This document shows positions 57,399-64,000 of a DNA stretch of 64,000 nt, piece after piece; positions within the stretch are counted from its first letter, which is position 1, and each line of letters begins with the position of its first letter. The position numbers were made by a program, and so were the translations under genes. Below the pieces are notes generated by a model. It did not search any database. It saw only the letters and a program-made list of their open reading frames with translations, and was not told the origin of the DNA. Origin of the DNA: a candidate division FCPU426 bacterium (GTDB lineage Bacteria; Oederibacteriota; Muellerivitia; Muellerivitales; Muellerivitaceae); the NCBI GenBank assembly GCA_963738405.1, contig CAVTWJ010000023.1, forward strand, positions 377,826 to 441,825. The letters are read 5' to 3'.

Positions 57399-58217
57399 AT
57401 GGAAGCAAAAATAAAAAAAATGGGCATTATAGGCTGCGGCGCGATAGGCACGGATATAGCCGAGGCCGTGGACAAGGGCAATATCAACGTGGTGCTTTAC
57501 AGCTGCTTTGACCTTGACAGGAAAAAATTCGACGCCCTTTCGGGCAAGCTTAAAAACGTCAAACCGGAATTCATGGAAGCCGAAGAGCTCATAAAGCAAT
57601 GCGACCTGGTCGTGGAATGCGCCCACAAGGATTCCGTCAACGGCATACTCAAACTGGCCATCAAATACGGCAGGGATATCATGTTCTTAAGCGCCGGGGG
57701 CGTGCTTGAGAATACGGACCTCATAGAGGAGGCCAGGAAGAAAAGGATCAATGTTTACGTGCCTTCGGGCGCTGTGGTGGGCATAGACGGCCTGGACGCG
57801 GCCAAGTATTCAGGATTAAGGAAAGTTACCCTGATAACAAGAAAACCGCCGCAGGCCTTTAAAGGCGTGAAGTCCCTCATAGAAAAAGGCATCAACGTCG
57901 ACGAGATAAAGACGGAAACCATAGTATACGAAGGCAGCGCGAAGGGAGCGGTAAAGGACTTTCCGCAGAACATCAATATAGCGGCCACTTTGAGCCTTGC
58001 CGGGGTCGGCTCGGAGCTGACTCTCGTGAAAATAATCATCGACCCTTTCATCACAAATAACATACATGAAATAATAGTTGAAGGCGATTTCGGGAGGTTC
58101 CGGGCCATCACGGAGAACCTGCCTTCGCCGAACAACCCGAAGACAAGCTACCTTACATCACTTTCGGCAATAGTGCTTATAAAAAAAATAGTCGAACCCA
58201 TCCATATAGGAACGTAA
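57399..58217 (+). CDS. nadX: L-aspartate dehydrogenase
   Basis: GCGAIG, VVECA, PSGAVVGID, RKPP, FPQNINIAA, HEI, NPKTS. Confidence 0.9.
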   Translation: MEAKIKKMGIIGCGAIGTDIAEAVDKGNINVVLYSCFDLDRKKFDALSGKLKNVKPEFMEAEELIKQCDLVVECAHKDSVNGILKLAIKYGRDIMFLSAGGVLENTDLIEEARKKRINVYVPSGAVVGIDGLDAAKYSGLRKVTLITRKPPQAFKGVKSLIEKGINVDEIKTETIVYEGSAKGAVKDFPQNINIAATLSLAGVGSELTLVKIIIDPFITNNIHEIIVEGDFGRFRAITENLPSPNNPKTSYLTSLSAIVLIKKIVEPIHIGT

Positions 58218-58298
58218 GCTCCGGAGGCATTTATCAGCATAAAAGACTTCCCTGAGAAATACGGCTTTAAAAAATATTTCCTGTTTTACACCGCCGCC

Positions 58299-60299
58299 TT
58301 GATCCTCGTGGCCGGATTTATCGCCACTTTTTTCCTCATTAAAGAGGACAGGCAGCGCACTCTCCTCAATAACCGCCTCATCGAAGTGTCCAATATCATG
58401 GACGGACAATTTTTTTCAAAAGTTAAGGGCGCTTCCGGCTCCATGGCTTTAAACGGGGAAATAGTAAAATTGTGCGCCAACAGCGGCCCAGTCGACTCGC
58501 CTCGCGCCGTAATTGTCCAGAACGAGATAAAGGAACTGCTGGGGGCTTCCATAGTATATGTCATGGACGGAAACGGCACGGTCATTTCATCCACAAAATT
58601 CGCCGGTGGAAAGGGTACTTTAACGGGGCAAAACTATAAATTCAGGCCTTATTTCACAAAAGCTATAGCCGGCGCGGAGAATATTTACGGCGCGGTCGGC
58701 GTCACAACCCTTGAAAGAGGCGTGTATTTCTCGGCGCCGGTAAAAGACCGGCACAATGGCGTCATAATCGGCGTTGCCGTCGTTAAAATGGGGCTGGAGG
58801 CCATCGATGAGGTGCTGGGCCGGATCCCGGACATGACCGCGATCGTCTCGCCCGAAGGGGTTGTTTTTTCCTCGAATAACAAAGACTGGATCCTTAAATC
58901 AGTTTATCCCGTGGATGAAAGGCTCCAGGACGAGCTGGAAAAGAACAAGCAGTTTGCCGGAATGCGCCTTAGCGTCATAAAAAGTTCGGGCTATTTTACC
59001 CGGGAACATGAGGAACTGAACGGAAAGTATTACCGCGTGGCTTCATATCCGTTCTACCTGTATGGCTGGAAGATCATCATGATACAGGACTTAAGCCGCA
59101 ACGCGCCGCTGAGCACGCTTCAGCGCGGCGTCATGGTATCGATCGGGTCGTCCGTGATAGCGGTCCTATATATAATTTTTTTGGCCTATACCAACAGGTA
59201 CACGTCCATCGCCATGAAACAATTCAAGTCAAATTACCTCGAAATCTACGAATCAGTCAACGACGCCATATTCATCCATGACGCCTCCGACGGGAGCGTG
59301 CTTGACGTCAACAAAAGGACGTGCGAGATGTTCGGTTACCCGAAAGAGGATTTCCTGTCGCAAAAAAACAACATATCTAGCAGCGGCGACGGCGGACTGG
59401 ATCCCCGGCAGGCTCTTGCATATATCTTGGCGGCGGCTTCCGGCACCCCACAACTTTTTGAGTGGAAAGCAATGAACAGATCGGGCGAAACGTTTTGGGT
59501 GGAGGTGAACCTGAAAAAAGCCGTTATAACCGGCAGGAAAGTGGTCCTGGCCGTTGTCCGTGATATCAACAAAAGGAAGATTGACGAGCAAAAAATGAAG
59601 GAACTTGTCGGGGAACTGCAAAGGTCAAACGCCGAATTGCAGGAATTCGCCTACGTGGCCAGCCACGACCTCAAAGAGCCCCTGCGTATGGTATCGAGCT
59701 ACGTGCAGCTGCTGGCGAAAAGATACACCGGAAAACTCGACAAGGACGCGGATGAATTCATAGCCTTTGCCTCAGGCGGGGCCAAACAGATGCAGCAGCT
59801 CATCGAGGACCTTCTCATGTATTCCAGGGTGAGCTCAAAGAGCAGGGAACCTGTGGCTGTGGACGTCAACATTATCATAGAAAGGCTGGTGATGAACCTG
59901 AAGTTCCTTCTGGAAGAAAAGAAAGGCACGGTCAGGTACTCGGGTCTGCCGGTCATAAAAGCGGACGTAACCCAGGCGGAGCAGCTGTTCATGAACCTTA
60001 TCTCCAATTCGCTTAAGTTTGCGGATAAAACCAGGCCGCCCGTAATAGAGATCACCTCCGAAAGGGAAGGCGACATGTGGAAATTCGCGGTTAAAGACAA
60101 CGGGATAGGCATTGAAAATAACTATTTCGACAAGATCTTTGTGATATTCCAGAAACTGCATTCAAAAGAGGAATATGAAGGCACGGGCATAGGCCTGTCC
60201 ATCTGCAAAAAGATAGTGGAGCTGCACGGCGGCAGGATATGGGTTGAATCCGTGATCGGCAAAGGGACATCGGTGTTTTTTACCTTACCCGGGGCTTGA
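58299..60299 (+). CDS. Sensor histidine kinase (Cache, PAS, HisKA, HATPase)
   Basis: NYKFRPYF Cache motif, PAS, ASHDLKEPL H-box, NLISNSLKF, DNGIGI, GTGIGL; start uncertain. Confidence 0.92.
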   Translation: MILVAGFIATFFLIKEDRQRTLLNNRLIEVSNIMDGQFFSKVKGASGSMALNGEIVKLCANSGPVDSPRAVIVQNEIKELLGASIVYVMDGNGTVISSTKFAGGKGTLTGQNYKFRPYFTKAIAGAENIYGAVGVTTLERGVYFSAPVKDRHNGVIIGVAVVKMGLEAIDEVLGRIPDMTAIVSPEGVVFSSNNKDWILKSVYPVDERLQDELEKNKQFAGMRLSVIKSSGYFTREHEELNGKYYRVASYPFYLYGWKIIMIQDLSRNAPLSTLQRGVMVSIGSSVIAVLYIIFLAYTNRYTSIAMKQFKSNYLEIYESVNDAIFIHDASDGSVLDVNKRTCEMFGYPKEDFLSQKNNISSSGDGGLDPRQALAYILAAASGTPQLFEWKAMNRSGETFWVEVNLKKAVITGRKVVLAVVRDINKRKIDEQKMKELVGELQRSNAELQEFAYVASHDLKEPLRMVSSYVQLLAKRYTGKLDKDADEFIAFASGGAKQMQQLIEDLLMYSRVSSKSREPVAVDVNIIIERLVMNLKFLLEEKKGTVRYSGLPVIKADVTQAEQLFMNLISNSLKFADKTRPPVIEITSEREGDMWKFAVKDNGIGIENNYFDKIFVIFQKLHSKEEYEGTGIGLSICKKIVELHGGRIWVESVIGKGTSVFFTLPGA

Positions 60300-60338
60300 C
60301 AGCTTAAAAGTCACGGGGAGCCGTCCCCAAGTAAAATC

Positions 60339-60367
60339 TTGACAGGACGTTTTTTTGGAATTAAACT
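60339..60367 (+). promoter_or_regulatory. Sigma70-type promoter
   Basis: TTGACA-N17-TAAACT upstream of the GGAGG RBS and TTG 60405. Confidence 0.65.
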
Positions 60368-60404
60368 GTTATATTGTAGACTTTTATTGTAACGGAGGCA
60401 AAGT

Positions 60405-61155
60405 TTGGAAAACGTCATTGAAATAAAAGCCCTGACAAAGATATATAAAGCGCTTGATTTCTGGAAAAACGACAAAGTCACCGGGATCGACAACATAAGC
60501 CTGGATGTAAAAAAGGGCGAGGTTTTCGGCCTGTTGGGACTCAACGGGGCCGGCAAGACAACCCTTATGAAAGTGATGCTTGGGCTGCTCAAACCGACCG
60601 GCGGCGAAGTGAAAATACTCGGAGGGACCATCGATGACATGCGGATCAGGTCCAGGATAGGGTATTTATCCGAGATCCCGTATTTCCCAAAGTACCTTAA
60701 AGTAAGGGAAGTCCTTGATTATTTCGCCGAGCTTTTGGGGCTGCCGGAAAGCAAAAAGAGGTCCAGGATAGAGGAAGTCATAGGCATAGTAAGGCTTGGC
60801 GCAAAATCGAGACACCAGGGTAGGCGGCCTGTCAAAAGGCATGATGGGAAGGCTCGGCCTGGCTCAGGCCATACTCAATGACCCTGACCTGCTTTTCATG
60901 GACGAACCCATGTCCGGTCTCGATCCGTTGGGATATAAGGAAACACGCGACATAATAATAGACCTTAATAAAAGGGGCAAGACTATTTTTTTTAATTCCC
61001 ATATTTTAAGCGAAGTCGAGAAGATATGCCACCGCGTTGCCGTACTGCATAAGGGACGGCTGGCCGATGTCCAGCCTTTGGAAAACGCCATGAGGGAATT
61101 CGGGAGCATGGAGGCCTATTTCATCAGTAAAATACAGGCGGGAGAAAAATCATGA
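60405..61155 (+). CDS. ABC transporter ATP-binding protein, frameshifted near 60800 (probable sequencing error)
   Basis: Walker A GLNGAGKTT in ORF 60405-60881; signature LSKGM, Walker B FMDEP and H-loop NSH in ORF 60796-61155. Confidence 0.85.
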
Positions 61156-61925
61156 GGCGCATAGCGGCTGTCGCTGAATATATATGGAAACAGAGCTTCA
61201 GGAACAAGATCCTCAATGTCCTCATCCTTTTCGCGGTTTTCGCGATAGGTTTCTCGCTTGCCATTAGCGAGCTTGCGCAGGAAGCCGAGATAAAAATGGT
61301 GGTGGATTTCGGCCTTTTTGCCATAAGCCTTTTTGCCTTCCTGACCGTGGTGCTTTCCATGACAGTCCAGCTCTTTGAGGAAACAGAGCTGAAAACACTG
61401 ATGGTCATCATGGTCAAGCCGATAAAAAGGCATGAATATATAATAGGCAAATACATAGGCATGATGCTTACGGTGCTTATGAACGTGGTCCTGATGGTGC
61501 TTATACTCATGCTCATAATCAAATTCCGCGGCGGCGACCCGTGGGATATCAAGATCTTCGCGGCGGCGATGTACTCGTTTTTAAGCGTGTCTATCCTGGC
61601 TTCCGCGGCCATGCTTTTGTCGGTGGTGACCACATCGGTGCCGAGCTGCATCATATTCCTGATATCCGTATACGCCATGGGGCACCTGACGGTGCACCTT
61701 AAGAACATCGTTGACAAAAGCGGCGGCGCCATAGTGAAAGCGGTTGTGGACCTCATCTATTATGCCGTTCCGAACCTCGAGCTTTTCAATATGAAGGATA
61801 AGATACACGGCAACCTGGCCCTTTTTGATATGGGGTACCTTGGGCTGGTTTTCGGTTACACCTGTGTTTACATCACTGTGATGCTCATTTTGACCTCGGT
61901 TATTTTCAATAAAAAGGAATTTTGA
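61152..61925 (+). CDS. ABC-2 type permease
   Basis: About six TM segments; KPIKRHEYIIGKYIG motif; ATGA coupling. Confidence 0.85.
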   Translation: MRRIAAVAEYIWKQSFRNKILNVLILFAVFAIGFSLAISELAQEAEIKMVVDFGLFAISLFAFLTVVLSMTVQLFEETELKTLMVIMVKPIKRHEYIIGKYIGMMLTVLMNVVLMVLILMLIIKFRGGDPWDIKIFAAAMYSFLSVSILASAAMLLSVVTTSVPSCIIFLISVYAMGHLTVHLKNIVDKSGGAIVKAVVDLIYYAVPNLELFNMKDKIHGNLALFDMGYLGLVFGYTCVYITVMLILTSVIFNKKEF

Positions 61926-61953
61926 CGCCTTTTAAGGCGCAAACGGTGGCATT

Positions 61954-62658
61954 TTGATAAAAAAAGCTGTATTAACCACAGCGCTCATATTGTTGGCGGC
62001 GGCCACGGTCATTTTTAGCATGCTCGGCACCGCCAGGGTCATCAGGTCCCAGCCTTCCTGGTATTTCCTGAACCTTCACGCATACAGGAATTTCTCGAAC
62101 CTGTTAAGCGTCAGTTTCGGTTTCAGGTCGCTTGCGGCCGACATAGCGTACATTTCTTTCCTGCAGTACTACGGGGATGACGACAATTCCGCGACGCGTT
62201 ATAAGGACCTGTATAAATACCTGGATGAGATAACCGACGCGGACCCGAATTTCACTTTCGCTTACACTTACGGTTCGGCTATCCTGGCGTTCAACCTGAA
62301 ACGTTATGACGAGGCTATAAAGCTTATAAAAAAGGGGCTGTCATACAATCCCGAGTTCTGGAAGCTCAGGTTTTATCTTGGGGCCATCATTTACAGGCAA
62401 AAGGGCGATACGGTCAAATATGTCGGCCTGCTCGAGGAAGCAGTAAAATTCGAGGACCATCCCGCGGTCATCGAGCGGATGCTGGGAAGCATCTACGAGA
62501 TCACAAAATCGCCGGACCAGGCGGCGCTTTATTGGGCGCGGCTCTACAGGTCGACAAAAGACAAACAAAGCAGGGACCTGGCCTTTTCCAGGATACAGGT
62601 TATAATAAAGGAAGGAAAACTCAAGAACCCGCAGGCGGTAATAAAAGCAGCGGAATAA
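61954..62658 (+). CDS. Membrane-anchored TPR protein
   Basis: N-terminal [13 protein letters not shown]...[26 protein letters not shown]-like helices. Confidence 0.75.
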   Translation: MIKKAVLTTALILLAAATVIFSMLGTARVIRSQPSWYFLNLHAYRNFSNLLSVSFGFRSLAADIAYISFLQYYGDDDNSATRYKDLYKYLDEITDADPNFTFAYTYGSAILAFNLKRYDEAIKLIKKGLSYNPEFWKLRFYLGAIIYRQKGDTVKYVGLLEEAVKFEDHPAVIERMLGSIYEITKSPDQAALYWARLYRSTKDKQSRDLAFSRIQVIIKEGKLKNPQAVIKAAE

Positions 62659-62696
62659 AAGGAAGCCCGGATGAATACGGATAAAAGGAGATTATT

Positions 62697-64000
62697 TTGG
62701 CCGATAAAATCGTAATTAAAGGCGCAAGGGAACACAACCTGAAGAATATCGACATTACAATACCTCGCGACAAGCTTGTGGTAATAACCGGTGTTTCGGG
62801 TTCAGGCAAGTCGTCGCTTGCTTTTAACACCATTTACGCCGAGGGGCAGCGCAGGTATGTGGAGTCACTTTCCGCTTACGCGAGGCAGTTCCTGGGGCAG
62901 ATGCAGAAACCGGACGTGGATACCATAGACGGGTTGTCGCCGGCCATAGCCATAGAACAAAAAAGCGCCGGAAGCAATCCCCGCTCCACAGTCGGCACCA
63001 TCACGGAAATATACGATTATTTCAGGCTTCTTTGGGCAAGGATAGGCGTACCATACTGCCCAAATGACGGGACGAAGATCCAGTCGCAGTCGGTACAGCA
63101 GATAACGGACAAGGTGCTTGAGACCGGCGAAGGCACAAAGATACTGATACTGGCGCCGGTAATTTCCGGCAGGAAAGGCGAGTACAATAAGCTCTTCGAG
63201 AACATTAAAAAAGAGGGTTTCCTGAGGGTCAGGATAGACGGCGAGGTTAAATCCCTGGAAGAAAAGATCAATATCGAAAAAAACGAAAAGCACACGGTGG
63301 AAATAGTCGTTGACCGCCTGGCCGTTTCAAAGGCGGACAAAAAACGGATAACGCAGTCCGTGGAGCTGGCGGTAAAGATAGGGGAAGGCATTGTCATCAT
63401 AAATAACACGGCCGCAAAGACCGACACTCTTTTTTCGGAGAAGCTTTCCTGCCCCGTGTGCTCTTTTTCCATGACAAAGCTCGAGCCCAGGATGTTCTCT
63501 TTTAACAGCCCGTTCGGCGCCTGCCCCGAATGTACCGGCATAGGCACAAGGATCGAGGTGGATGAAAAACTGGTGGTTAACGAGGAACTGTCGATAAAGG
63601 AAGCGCCCTTAAACCCTGGAGCCACCTGGACGGTTATTACGGCCACCTTATAGAGGGCTTGAGCGAGCATTTCAAGTTCAGCCTGATGGTCCCGTTCAAA
63701 AAACTCCCGGATAAGATAAAAAAGATCATCCTCCACGGCACCGACGATAATATCAAATACGAGTATAAAAACTACACGACGGACTGGAAACATTCCGGCG
63801 GCTTTGAGGGGCTTGTCCCTTTCCTGGACAGGCGCTACAGGGGCACTGACGCGGAGCGCGTCAGGGAGGACATCTTCAACAAGTATATGGTCGAGCGCGA
63901 GTGCTCGGCCTGCCACGGAAAAAGGCTGAAGCCCGAATCCATAGCGGTTCGCATAGGCGGCATGTCGATCATTGACGCCTCAAGGATGTCCATAGAAAAG
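62697..64000 (+). CDS. uvrA: Excinuclease ABC subunit A, partial, frameshifted near 63603
   Basis: [47 protein letters not shown]; continues in the -1 frame as ALKPW...FEGLVP...[13 protein letters not shown] to the window end. Confidence 0.95.

Noticed and set aside
62664..62690. cggatgaatacggataaa before uvrA as a periodic REP arm or SOS box
   Set aside because: Only two short units, no complementary arm, and no recognisable LexA palindrome.
1..64000. tRNA, rRNA, transposase, integrase or phage structural genes
   Set aside because: None recognised by eye; tRNAscan-SE, cmscan and an IS search would be needed to exclude divergent ones.

Overview
Bacterial DNA (diderm-looking: lipoproteins, beta-barrel-like and C-terminally tagged secreted proteins) that appears to be two unrelated segments joined near 55,836, where a 5'-truncated minus-strand gene abuts a 5'-truncated panB and codon style changes. 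The left segment (1-~55,836, GC-rich genes) carries housekeeping genes (partial dapF with Ser at the second catalytic Cys, ilvD, ROK kinase, GH57 branching enzyme, crcB-DUF190, class II RNR nrdJ with tandem NrdR boxes, pgi, MCP, cysteine desulfurase). It also has a large cell-surface region: four GT-C-type membrane glycosyltransferases; five secreted proteins with strictly alternating Thr-x stalks, including two giant tandem paralogs with conserved bases and divergent tips; four proteins ending in a T9SS/FlgD-like C-terminal domain; and a lipoprotein resembling a stand-alone SprA segment. Other notable items are a gapless shared CGC domain in two coupled secreted proteins behind a sigma54-like promoter, a mosaic of covarying palindromes between two convergent paralogs, an AT-rich wHTH + HEPN(RxxxxH) gene pair that looks like an unnamed defence or toxin-antitoxin module, REP-like inverted repeats, and a small tandem-repeat DRR protein. 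The right segment carries panB(partial)-panC-panD-nadX, a sensor kinase, a PilH/I/G-like ABC-permease-TPR set and uvrA, with two single-base frameshifts that are probably sequencing errors. No rRNA, tRNA, CRISPR array, transposase or integrase was recognised. All family calls come from motif recognition by eye; no database searches were run.
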